Source: Betaproteobacteria bacterium UKL13-2
GTDB taxonomy: Bacteria > Pseudomonadota > Gammaproteobacteria > Burkholderiales > Usitatibacteraceae
Assembly (NCBI GenBank): GCA_001602455.1
Contig: CP012157.1
Coordinates: forward strand, 25,733-57,732
Direction: 5' to 3'
DNA: 32,000 nt
Every line of letters starts with the position of its first letter. Position 1 is the first letter of the stretch. Made by a program: the position numbers and the translations under genes. Shown here one piece after another: positions 1-10,067 of this stretch. The notes beneath the pieces were generated by a model. The model saw nothing but the letters and a program-made list of their open reading frames with translations. It did not search any database and had not been told where the DNA came from.

Positions 1-84
1 GGCGTAGGCAATCTGGCGAATCGCCTCAATATCGGCTGCAATACCCCCCGCTTCTGCGGCTTGCGGACGGATGATGACCGACAT
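1..84 (-). CDS. 5' end of an unidentified CDS running off the left edge (visible peptide MSVIIRPQAAEAGGIAADIEAIRQIAYA)
   Basis: ATG at 84 on the minus strand, 6 nt downstream of the pyk stop, and open to position 1. Only 28 codons are visible and there is no clear SD, so the product is not assignable. Confidence 0.25.
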   Translation of the reverse strand, partial: MSVIIRPQAAEAGGIAADIEAIRQIAYA

Positions 85-90
85 CGCGAC

Positions 91-1530
91 TCAGGCGCTA
101 CGGTGCTCGCCGATGCGAAGAATCTTCATGGTGTTGGTACCACCCGATTGACCAATGGGCTCGCCCATCGTCAGCACCACGAGGTCGCCCAACTCAACGA
201 CTTTGTTGATCAACAGTGCTTTTTCAGCCTCGATCATCAACCGCTCTCGGTCCTGCCCCTCGTAGGCCAGCGCAAACGGGCGCACATCGCGCATCAACGC
301 GCACTTGGTATGCGTGGCGGGCTCCGGGGTCAGCGCATAAATGGGCACGCCAGAATTCAAGCGGGACATCCACAGCGCGGTTGAGCCCGACTGTGTGAGC
401 GAGGCAATACACTTCACCTTGAGATGGTGCGCCGTGAACAAAGCTGCCATCGCAATGGATTGATCAACACGGGTGAACACACGGTTCAAAAACTCTCGAT
501 CGAGTTTGACTTCCGCACTCTTCTCCGCTTCACGACAAATCCGCACCATCGCTTCGACCGTTTCCACCGGAAATTGGCCGGCCGCCGACTCCGCCGAGAG
601 CATCACAGCATCGGTGCCGTCGAGCACCGCGTTGGCGACGTCGGAAACTTCTGCGCGGGTTGGGATCGGCGAGGACACCATCGACTCCATCATTTGCGTG
701 GCGGTGATGGTCAGCTTGTTCATCTCGCGTGCCATGCGAATCATGCGCTTTTGCAGTGCCGGTACCGCCGCATCACCGACTTCAACCGCAAGATCGCCAC
801 GGGCGACCATAATGCCGTCGCACGCCTTCATGATGTCTTCTAGGGCCGCGTTGGTCACGGCTTCGGTTCGCTCAATCTTGGCGATGAGCAGTGCATTGCC
901 GCCGGCGGCGCGCATCAACTCGCGCGCCATATACATGTCTGCCCCACTTTTCGGAAATGAAACCGCGAGGAAATCCGCATTCAGTTTCGACGCGATTTTG
1001 ATGTCCTCCATATCCTTGCCAGTGAGCGGTGGCGCGGTGAGTCCCCCACCTTTGCGATTGATGCCTTTGTTGTTCGACAACACACCACCTTGGCGGACGG
1101 CACAATGAATTTCGCTGCCACGAACCGACGTCACTTCAAACACTAACAGCCCGTCATTGAGCAACAACATATCACCCGACTTCACATCGCGCGGCAACTC
1201 TTTGTAGTCAATACCAACGCGCTCTTGGTTGCCCAGCTCGCAGTTAGCATCCAGAATAAATTTGTCACCGGTCTTCAAGGTGATTTTGTTCTCGGCGAAT
1301 TTACCCACGCGGATTTTTGGCCCCTGCAAGTCGGCGAGAATGCCGACCGGGCGATTGTGTTTGGCAGACAGTTGGCGAACCAGCGCGGCCCGATTGATAT
1401 GGTCTTCTGCGGTGCCGTGGGAAAAATTCATCCGCACCACATCGACACCGGCGACGATGAGGCGCTCCAGCACTTCCGCAGACGAGGAGGCAGGACCGAG
1501 TGTGGCAACAATTTTGGTAGCTCTAGGCAT
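91..1530 (-). CDS. pyk: pyruvate kinase
   Basis: 479-aa ORF starting MPRATKIVATLGPASSS...VDVVRMNFSHG, with family motifs throughout. ATG is preceded by AAGGAA. It sits in a gap-pgk-pyk operon. Confidence 0.95.
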   Translation of the reverse strand: MPRATKIVATLGPASSSAEVLERLIVAGVDVVRMNFSHGTAEDHINRAALVRQLSAKHNRPVGILADLQGPKIRVGKFAENKITLKTGDKFILDANCELGNQERVGIDYKELPRDVKSGDMLLLNDGLLVFEVTSVRGSEIHCAVRQGGVLSNNKGINRKGGGLTAPPLTGKDMEDIKIASKLNADFLAVSFPKSGADMYMARELMRAAGGNALLIAKIERTEAVTNAALEDIMKACDGIMVARGDLAVEVGDAAVPALQKRMIRMAREMNKLTITATQMMESMVSSPIPTRAEVSDVANAVLDGTDAVMLSAESAAGQFPVETVEAMVRICREAEKSAEVKLDREFLNRVFTRVDQSIAMAALFTAHHLKVKCIASLTQSGSTALWMSRLNSGVPIYALTPEPATHTKCALMRDVRPFALAYEGQDRERLMIEAEKALLINKVVELGDLVVLTMGEPIGQSGGTNTMKILRIGEHRSA

Positions 1531-1592
1531 TAGGTTTCCTTATGCAGCACACGACGGGCGCTGCGAATGATGCAAATTAGCGCACGCGATTA

Positions 1593-2792
1593 CTATTCAA
1601 TGGCACGCTGGTGAAGAATTTCCACGGCAGGTAGCGACTTCCCCTCAAGAAACTCTAGGAATGCCCCTCCACCTGTTGAGATGTAACTCACTTTGTCGGT
1701 GATACCGTATTTTGCAATCGCGGCTAAGGTATCGCCCCCACCCGCAATTGAGAATGCGTTTGATGCTGCAACGGCTTCAGCGAGCGTCTTGGTTCCGCCA
1801 CCGAACTGATCAAACTCAAACACACCGACCGGCCCGTTCCAAACAATAGTGCCCGCTTGTTGCATGATTGTGGCAAGCGCGGCTGCCGTGTTTGGCCCGA
1901 TATCAAAAATCATGTCGTCAGCCGTGACATCAGCAACTGTCTTGGTGACCGCAGGCTCACTCGCCGAGAAAGCTTTGCCGCATACAACATCGGTTGGGAT
2001 CGGCACCGAAGCGCCACGCGCCGCCATCATGTTGATGATCTCTTTTGCATTGGCGACCAGATCGGGCTCGGCAAGCGACTTGCCAATCGGCAAACCCTGC
2101 GCGAGCAAGAATGTATTGGCAATACCGCCCCCCACCACCAACTGATCGACCTTCGCCGCCAGCGACTTCAAGATGGTCAGTTTGGTCGATACCTTAGACC
2201 CCGCAACAATCGCCACCATTGGCCGTTTTGGGTTGGCAAGCGCAGCGCCAAGTGCATCGAGCTCTGCGGCGAGCAGTGGGCCAGCACAGGACAGCTTGGC
2301 GTATTTGGCGATGCCGTGGGTTGTCGCCTCCGCTCGGTGCGCGGTACCAAACGCATCGTTGACGTAGATATCGCACAACGCGGCCATCTTCTGCGCCAGT
2401 TCGTCGCTGTTCTTTTTCTCACCTTTATTGCCGCGACAGTTTTCGAGTAGCACCACTTGCCCCGCTGCGACAACAACGCCGTTTACCCAGTCGGTTTTTA
2501 GCGATATTTCACGCTGCATGAGTGAGGCCAAACGCTCGGCGATTGGTGCCAACGAATCCTCTGGCGTTAACTCACCTTCGGTTGGCCGGCCGAGGTGCGA
2601 TGTGACCATCACAGCCGCACCAGCATTTAGCGCAAGCGCAATCGCGGGGATCGAGGCGCGAATGCGTGTGTCGTCAGTGATATTGCCCGCTTCATCCTGC
2701 GGCACATTTAAGTCAGCGCGAATGAATACGCGTTTGCCGTGGAGTTGTCCGCTTGCGGCTAAATCGGCCAGACGTATAAACGAGGTCGTCAT
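1593..2792 (-). CDS. pgk: phosphoglycerate kinase
   Basis: Family-typical sequence ([12 protein letters not shown]..., GGGDT... C-terminus). The first M in the track is a TTG at 2795, so I prefer the ATG at 2792. Confidence 0.95.
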   Translation of the reverse strand: MTTSFIRLADLAASGQLHGKRVFIRADLNVPQDEAGNITDDTRIRASIPAIALALNAGAAVMVTSHLGRPTEGELTPEDSLAPIAERLASLMQREISLKTDWVNGVVVAAGQVVLLENCRGNKGEKKNSDELAQKMAALCDIYVNDAFGTAHRAEATTHGIAKYAKLSCAGPLLAAELDALGAALANPKRPMVAIVAGSKVSTKLTILKSLAAKVDQLVVGGGIANTFLLAQGLPIGKSLAEPDLVANAKEIINMMAARGASVPIPTDVVCGKAFSASEPAVTKTVADVTADDMIFDIGPNTAAALATIMQQAGTIVWNGPVGVFEFDQFGGGTKTLAEAVAASNAFSIAGGGDTLAAIAKYGITDKVSYISTGGGAFLEFLEGKSLPAVEILHQRAIE

Positions 2793-2838
2793 CAATGGCG
2801 CTTTTCGTTCACGGCGCGTTTCATGGTCAGCTTCATGA

Positions 2839-3864
2839 TCACTTAGCCGACATCAAGGCGACCGTGGTGTCCAACATACGATTCGAAAAGCCCCATTCGT
2901 TGTCATACCAGCTTGAGACTTTGACGAGGTTGCCGGACACTTTCGTTAACGTCGAATCAAAAGTGGAGGAGTAGCTGTCGTGGTTGAAATCGACCGATAC
3001 CAAGGGCGCGGTGTTATAGGCAAGAATACCTTTCATGCCGGGTGACGAGGCCGCCTCTTTCATGATTGCATTCACTTCGTCTACCGTCGTGTCGCGCTTT
3101 GCGATAAACGACAAATCGACCAACGACACATTGATGGTCGGTACACGAATCGCGTAACCATCGAGCTTGCCATTTAACGCCGGCAACACCAGCCCCACAG
3201 CGGCGGCGGCACCGGTTTTGGTCGGAATCATCGACATGGTGGCCGAACGTGCGCGACGCAAATCCTCGTGCATCACATCGGTCAATACTTGGTCGTTGGT
3301 GTAAGCGTGTACGGTGGTCATCAAGCCGGTGACCACGCCCAACTTGTCATTTAGCGGCTTTACCAATGGCGCCAGGCAGTTGGTGGTGCAAGAAGCATTC
3401 GAGATGACCGTCATCGCGGCAGTCAAGACATTGTGGTTGACGCCATAAACCACCGTCGCATCCACATCTTTGCCGCCAGGGGCGGAAATGATGACTTTCT
3501 TGGCACCACCTTTGATGTGCGCGGCCGCCTTTTCTTTGCTGGTGAAAAAGCCCGTACATTCGAGCACCACATCTACCCCCAGCTCGCCCCATGGAATTTG
3601 CGCCGGGTCACGCTGGGCGAACACTTTGATCTTGTCGCTGCTGTTGCCAAACCCGACGACAAGAAACTCACCCTCAACGGTGACGGTGCCGGGAAATTTG
3701 CCATGCGCTGTGTCGTAGCGCGTCAAGTGGGCATTGGTTTCAACTGGGCCCAAATCGTTGATCGCGACAATCTGAATATCATGCGTCTTACCAGACTCGT
3801 AATGAGCACGGAGGATGTTGCGGCCGATTCGGCCATAACCGTTAATTGCGACTTTGATCGTCAT
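2839..3864 (-). CDS. gap: glyceraldehyde-3-phosphate dehydrogenase
   Basis: [17 protein letters not shown]-terminus, active-site SNASCTTNC and [10 protein letters not shown]-terminal motif. The ORF extends to 3924, but the conserved N-terminus begins at the ATG at 3864. Confidence 0.93.
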   Translation of the reverse strand: MTIKVAINGYGRIGRNILRAHYESGKTHDIQIVAINDLGPVETNAHLTRYDTAHGKFPGTVTVEGEFLVVGFGNSSDKIKVFAQRDPAQIPWGELGVDVVLECTGFFTSKEKAAAHIKGGAKKVIISAPGGKDVDATVVYGVNHNVLTAAMTVISNASCTTNCLAPLVKPLNDKLGVVTGLMTTVHAYTNDQVLTDVMHEDLRRARSATMSMIPTKTGAAAAVGLVLPALNGKLDGYAIRVPTINVSLVDLSFIAKRDTTVDEVNAIMKEAASSPGMKGILAYNTAPLVSVDFNHDSYSSTFDSTLTKVSGNLVKVSSWYDNEWGFSNRMLDTTVALMSAK

Positions 3865-3995
3865 GATGGAGCTTTCCCAGAGGCTGATGGATATGAGGAT
3901 ATGAAGGTTCCAGCGCCCGGCCATTTTAGCGTAAGCAATCCATCGACAGTCGCCGCAATGCGGGTAAGAGCGCCCTTCGACGTAGAATGCCCCCC

Positions 3996-4610
3996 ATGAA
4001 AAAAATTGTCATCGCCTCCAACAACGTCGGCAAGTTGCGCGAGTTCGCCATTCTGCTGGCACCATTCGCCTTCGAAGCCATTCCTCAGTCGGCATTGGGT
4101 ATCAGTGAAGCCGACGAGCCTCACGCCACATTTATCGAGAATGCGCTCGCCAAAGCGCGCCATGCTTCCCGTGCGGCGGGATTGCCAGCGCTTGCGGACG
4201 ATTCCGGCATTTGTGTGCCGGTTTTGGGTGGTGCGCCGGGCGTTTGGTCGGCACGCTACGCCAACAACGGCACAGGCGAACCCAAGAGCGATACACGCAA
4301 CAACGAGAAACTCATCCGCGAACTGGCTCACAAAGAGGACAGACGCGCCTTCTACTACTGCTCATTGGTGTTGGTGATGCACGCCGACGACCCGCACCCG
4401 CTGATCGCCGATGGTGAGTGCTGGGGCGAAATTGTTGACTCGCCAGTTGGCAGTGGCGGCTTCGGTTACGACCCGTATTTTTACTTGCCCGCATTCGGCA
4501 AAACCGCCGCCGAGCTGACCAACGAGGAGAAAAATCGCATCAGCCATCGCGGACTCGCCATGCAAGCGCTTGCCGCCAAACTCAAAGCGCAGCGGGCGTT
4601 TTCAGACTAA
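3996..4610 (+). CDS. rdgB: RdgB/HAM1 non-canonical purine NTP pyrophosphatase
   Basis: [17 protein letters not shown]..., GFGYDPYF and SHRG motifs. An alternative ATG lies at 3987. Shows the classic rdgB-hemW adjacency. Confidence 0.9.
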   Translation: MKKIVIASNNVGKLREFAILLAPFAFEAIPQSALGISEADEPHATFIENALAKARHASRAAGLPALADDSGICVPVLGGAPGVWSARYANNGTGEPKSDTRNNEKLIRELAHKEDRRAFYYCSLVLVMHADDPHPLIADGECWGEIVDSPVGSGGFGYDPYFYLPAFGKTAAELTNEEKNRISHRGLAMQALAAKLKAQRAFSD

Positions 4611-5933
4611 ATGCCTTCAAAACCACCGTCAATGCTAGGGTTTGGCAAGTCTGCTAATACCTCGCTACTCGCTACGCTGCCGCCGCTATCGCTCTACATC
4701 CATATTCCGTGGTGTATTCGCAAGTGCCCGTACTGCGATTTCAATTCGCATGAGGCGAAGAGCGCTGATGCGTCCACCACCAAAGCGCGGGCGGGGGTGC
4801 CGAAGTTGCACCCGCTTGCGGCTCCTCGGCCCACTGCGGGAGAAGAGTTGGGGAAAGGGGGAAACACGCTCCGCACCGAAGACGAGCAACGCTACATCGA
4901 CGCCCTCATCGCCGATCTTGATGTCACCTTGCCAAAGGTTTGGGGCCGCCGCGTTCACACCGTCTTTTTTGGCGGCGGCACACCCAGCCTATTTTCAGCC
5001 GCAGGAATCGACACCATCCTGGCCGCAGTGCGGGCGCGCCTAGCGGTCGAAGCCGACGCCGAAATCACACTCGAAGCCAACCCCGGCACATTTGAGGCAG
5101 AAAAATTCAAGGGTTATCGCGATGCAGGTGTGAATCGACTCTCGATTGGTATTCAAAGTTTCAACGCCAAACACCTTACGGCGCTCGGTCGCGTGCACAA
5201 CGACACTGAAGCCAAACGCGCCATTGAGATCGCTCAAGCGAATTTCGACAACATCAACCTCGACCTGATGTTTGCGCTACCGTCACAAACACTCGCCGAG
5301 TGTGCGAAAGATGTTGAGACAGCGCTATCGTTCGGCACTAACCATCTCTCGATTTACCATCTCACGCTCGAGCCCAACACACTCTTCCATCGTTTCCCGC
5401 CTGCGTTGCCCGATGACGAACTCGCCGCCGACATGCACGAGATGATTTTCGACAGGCTCGCAGCGGCGGGATACCAGCACTATGAGACTTCTGCTTACGC
5501 CAAGCCCGGCCAACAGTCCCGGCACAACCTCAACTACTGGCGCTTTGGCGACTACATCGGCATCGGTGCCGGCGCACACGGCAAGATTTCTTTCCCGGAC
5601 CGAATCACCCGCGAAGCGCGATACAAACAACCCAACGCATTTATGCAACAGGCAATGCTGGGTGACGCGATCCAAGACGCATCAAGCATTGGCCCCACCG
5701 ACTTGCCATTTGAATTCATGCTCAACGCACTCCGGCTAACGATGGGTTTTCCTGTCGCACTTTTTACCGAGCGCACTGGCTTGCCGATTACTGCAATCTC
5801 ACGCGAACTCGATGCGGCTGAAACGAAAGGGCTGATCACACGCGATCATTTACACATCAGCCCAACGCCGAAAGGTCGGCTGTTCTTAAACGATTTGTTG
5901 GAGATGTTTTTGCCTACGGCGCAAGCGCGTTAG
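4611..5933 (+). CDS. hemW: radical SAM heme chaperone / HemN-like protein (HemW/YggW family)
   Basis: LSLYIHIPWCIRKCPYCDFNS radical-SAM CxxxCxxC motif and GGGTPS. The start abuts the rdgB stop (TAAATG). It carries an extra low-complexity insert after the Cys motif. Confidence 0.85.
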   Translation: MPSKPPSMLGFGKSANTSLLATLPPLSLYIHIPWCIRKCPYCDFNSHEAKSADASTTKARAGVPKLHPLAAPRPTAGEELGKGGNTLRTEDEQRYIDALIADLDVTLPKVWGRRVHTVFFGGGTPSLFSAAGIDTILAAVRARLAVEADAEITLEANPGTFEAEKFKGYRDAGVNRLSIGIQSFNAKHLTALGRVHNDTEAKRAIEIAQANFDNINLDLMFALPSQTLAECAKDVETALSFGTNHLSIYHLTLEPNTLFHRFPPALPDDELAADMHEMIFDRLAAAGYQHYETSAYAKPGQQSRHNLNYWRFGDYIGIGAGAHGKISFPDRITREARYKQPNAFMQQAMLGDAIQDASSIGPTDLPFEFMLNALRLTMGFPVALFTERTGLPITAISRELDAAETKGLITRDHLHISPTPKGRLFLNDLLEMFLPTAQAR

Positions 5934-8900
5934 GGGAAGGATCAAAGGTGGAGAGCGCAATCGACGGCAAGCGACTGGTCGTGGTTGCGGTCAACGACGA
6001 GCCTGATGTAAAGAGCTTTTTTGCTGGTGTGAAGGCAAGTCAAGCGCAATACGGCTTGGTTGCCGCCGGCAGACCGCGGGGTAAGGAAATCCGATGAGTA
6101 CGCCGTCTGCGGGCGAGCATTTCATTCAACAATAACACCTTGGCTGAGAAGCTTGCCGGAAGCATCGCCGTTCGCTGCCCTCGTTTTGCGACACGCGGCA
6201 TTGGCACGGAACGGCCATCCTCGAAATAGAATTCGAGCGTAGTTGAGGGGTCTCATGCAATGCCGTTCGGAATGACAGTGATTTTTTAGGTCGTTACCTC
6301 TCAAATTGTCATCCCGAGCGCAGTCGAGGGGTCTCACAAAATACCGTTCGGAATGACAGTGATTTTTTAGGGCACCATCTCTCAAGTTGTCATCCCGAGC
6401 GCAGTCGAGGGATCTCATCCGGTTGCGTCTGGAAGAAGGTATTTTTCGATTCAGTTAGCGCAACGTTTTTCCCCCCAGCGTAACAAGCAATAGCTTCGTG
6501 CTTCGTTGTTTTACGCGATGAGATTCCTCACGAACTGCCGTTCGGAATGACAGTGATTTTTTAGGGCACCATCTCTCAAATTGTCATCCCGAGCGTAGTC
6601 GAGGGATCTCATCCGGTTGCGTCGGGAAGAAGGTATTTTTCGATTCAGTTAGCGCAACGCTTCACCCCAAAGAACGACGCGCAATCGCCTAGTGCTTCGT
6701 CGTTTTACGGGATGAGATTCCTCACGAACTGCCGTTCGGAATGACAGTGATTTTTTAGGGCACCATCTCTCAAGTTGTCATCGCGAGCGCAGTCGGCGAA
6801 TCTCACGAACTGCCGTTCGGAATGACAGTGATTTTTTAGGGCACCATCTCTCAAGTTGTCATCCCGAGCGCAGTCGAGGGATCTCATCCGGTTGCGTCTG
6901 GAAGAAGGTATTTTTCGATTCAGTTAGCGCAACGTTTTTCCCCAAGCGTAACAATCAATAGCTCACTGCTTCGTTGTTTTACGCGATGGGATTCCTCACG
7001 AACTGCCGTTCGGAATGACAGTGATTTTTTAGGGCACCATCTCTCAAATTGTCATCCCGAGCGTAGCCGAGGGATCTCTTCCGGTTGCATCGGGAAGAAG
7101 GCGTTTTTCGATTCAGTTAGCGCAACGTTTTTCCCCAAGCGTAACAATCAATAGCTCACTGCTTCGTTGTTTTACGCGATGGGATTCCTCACGAACTGCC
7201 GTTCGGAATGATAGTGATTTTTTAGGGCACCATCTCTCAAATTGTCATCCCGAGCGTAGCCGAGGGATCTCATCCGGTTGCATCGGGAAGAAGGTATTTT
7301 TCGATTCAGTTAGCGCAACGCTTCACCCCAAAGAACGACGCGCAATCGCTTAGTGCTTCGTTGTTTTACGCGATGAGATTCCTCACGAACTGCCGTTCGG
7401 AATGACAGTGATTTTTTAGGGCACCATCTCTCAAGTTGTCATCCCGAGCGTAGCCGAGGGATCTCATCCGGTTGCATCGGGAAGAAGGTATTTTTCGATT
7501 CAGTTAGCGCAACGCTTCACCCCAAAGAACGACGCGCAATCGCTTAGTGCTTCGTTGTTTTACGCGATGAGATTCCTCACGAACTGCCGTTCGGAATAAC
7601 AGTGATTTTTTAAGGCACCACCTCTCAAATTGTCATCCCGAGCGTAGTCGAGGGATCTCACGAACTGCCGTTCGGAATGACAGTGATTTTTTAGGGCACC
7701 ATCTCTCAAGTTGTCATCCCGAGCGCAGTCGAGGGATCTCATCCGGTTGCATCGGGAAGAAGGTATTTTTCGATTCAGTTAGCGCAACGCTTTTCCCCCC
7801 AGCGTAACAAGCAATAGCTTAGTGCTTCGTTGTTTTACGCGATGAGATTCCTCACGAACTGCCGTTCGGAATGACAGTGATTTTTTAGGGCACCATCTCT
7901 CAAATTGTCATCCCGAGCGTAGCCGAGGGATCTCATCCGGTTGCGTCGGGAAGAAGGCGTTTTTCAATTCAGTTGGCACAATGTTTTTCCCCAAGCGTAA
8001 CAATCAATAGCTCACTGCTTCGTTGTTTTACGGGATGAGATTCCTCACGAACTGCCGTTCGGAATGACAGTGATTTTTTAGGTCGTTACCTCTCAAGTTG
8101 TCATCCCGAGCGTAGTCGAGGGATCTCATCCGGTTGCATCGGGAAGAAGACGTTTTTCAATTCAGTTGGCGCAACGTTTTTCCCCCCAGCGTAACAAGCA
8201 ATAGCTTAGTGCTTCGTTGTTTTACGCGATGAGATTCCTCACGAACTGCCGTTCGGAATGACAGTGATTTTTTAGGGCACCATCTCTGAAGTTGTCATCC
8301 CGAGCGTAGTCGAGGGATCTCACGAAATACCGCACGGAATGACAGTAGTTTTTTAGGGCACCATCTCTCAAGTTGTCATCCCGAGCGTAGTCGAGGGATC
8401 TCTTCCGGTTGCATCGGGAAGAAGGCGTTTTTCGATTCAGTTGGCGCAACGTTTTTCCCCCCGGCGTAACAAGCAATCGCCTAGTGCTTCGTCGTTTTAC
8501 GGGATGAGATTCCTCACGAACTGCCGTTCGGAATGAAAGTGATTTTTTAGGGCACCACCTCTCAAGTTGTCATCGCGAGCGCAGTCGGCGAATCTCACGA
8601 ACTGCCGTTCGGAATGACAGTGATCTTTTTAAGGCACCATCTCTCAAATTGTCATCCCGAGCGTAGTCGAGGGATCTCATCCGGTTGCATCGGGAAGAAG
8701 GCGTTTTTCGATTCAGTTGACGCAATGTTTTTTCCCCCAGCGTAACAAGCAATCGCTTCGTGCTTCGTTGTTTTACGCGATGAGATTCCTCACAAAATAC
8801 CGTTCGGAATGACAGTGATTTTTTAAGGGCACAGCCTCTTAAATTGTCATCCCGAGCGTAGCCGAGGGGTCTCACGAAATACCGTTCGGAATGACAGTGA

Positions 8901-9242
8901 TATTTTAGGGCACCATCTCTCAAGTTGTCATCCCGAGCGTAGTCGAGGGATCTCTTCCGGTTGCATCGGGAAGAAGGCGTTTTTCGATTCAGTTGACGCA
9001 ATGTTTTTTCCCCAAGCGTAACAATCAATAGCTCACTGCTTCGTTGTTTTACGCGATGGGATTCCTCACGAACTGCCGTTCGGAATGACAGTAGTTTTTT
9101 AAGGCACCATCTTTCAAGTTGTCATCCCGAGCGTAGTCGAGGGATCTCTTCCGGTTGCATCGGGAAGAAGGCGTTTTTCGATTCAGTTGACGCAATGTTT
9201 TTTCCCCAAGCGTAACAATCAATAGCTCACTGCTTCGTTGTT

Positions 9243-10067
9243 TTACGCGATGGGATTCCTCACGAACTGCCGTTCGGAATGACAGTGATTTTTTTGGGCA
9301 CCATCTCTCAAGTTGTCATCGCGAGCGTAGCCGAGGGGTCTCACGAAATACCGTTCGGAATGACAGTGATTTTTTAGGGCACCATCTCTCAAGTTGTCAT
9401 CCCGAGCGTAGTCGAGGGATCTCTTCCGGTTGCATCGGGAAGAAGGCGTTTTTCGATTCAGTTGACGCAATGTTTTTTCCCCAAGCGTAACAAGCAATAG
9501 CTTAGTGCTTCGTTGTTTTACGCGATGAGATTCCTCACGAACTGCCGTTCGGAATGACAGTGATTTTTTAGGGCACCACCTCTCAAGTTGTCATCGCGAG
9601 CGTAGCCGAGGGGTCTCATGCAATGCCGTTCGGAATGACAGTGATTTTTTAGGGCACCATCTCTCAAGTTGTCATCCCGAGCGTAGTCGAGGGATCTCTT
9701 CCGGTTGCATCGGGAAGAAGGCGTTTTTCGATTCAGTTGACGCAATGTTTTTTCCCCAAGCGTAACAATCAATAGCTCACTGCTTCGTTGTTTTACGCGA
9801 TGGGATTCCTCACGAACTGCCGTTCGGAATGACAGTGATTTTTTTGGGCACCATCTCTCAAGTTGTCATCGCGAGCGTAGCCGAGGGGTCTCACGAAATA
9901 CCGTTCGGAATGACAGTGATTTTTTAGGGCACCATCTCTCAAGTTGTCATCCCGAGCGTAGTCGAGGGATCTCATCCGGTTGCATCGGGAAGAAGGCGTT
10001 TTTCGATTCAGTTGACGCAATGTTTTTTCCCCAAGCGTAACAATCAATAGCTCACTGCTTCGTTGTT
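9243..10067. repeat. three consecutive near-identical 275-bp units (B+A+A) of the array
   Basis: ORF-track artefact ORFs at 9243, 9518 and 9793 are offset by exactly 275 bp. Their translations differ at only a few residues (2 between the first and third units), which implies roughly 98-99% nucleotide identity. Confidence 0.9.
9352..9408. repeat. example of the module-A hairpin: 14-bp imperfect inverted repeat CGTTCGGAATGACA / TGTCATCCCGAGCG around a 29-nt loop
   Basis: Read directly. The arms pair at 12 Watson-Crick positions plus one wobble and one mismatch on either strand. The loop contains a T6 run. Confidence 0.8.

Noticed and set aside
5948-6097. 49-aa GTG-initiated ORF (VESAIDGKRLVVVAVNDEPDVKSFFAGVKASQAQYGLVAAGRPRGKEIR) after hemW, vaguely like the middle of a TlpA/redoxin protein
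   Set aside because: It is too short, has no CxxC motif, and the similarity is only impressionistic. At most it is a gene remnant truncated by the array.
6880-6930. Intrinsic terminator in module B (CTTCCGGTTGCATCGGGAAG followed by AAGGCGTTTTTCG; the example coordinates are one copy)
   Set aside because: The stem is only 5-6 bp and is weakened to 3 bp in the TCTCATCCGG variants. The T-run is short and displaced by 6 nt from the stem. This is not convincing without transcript data.
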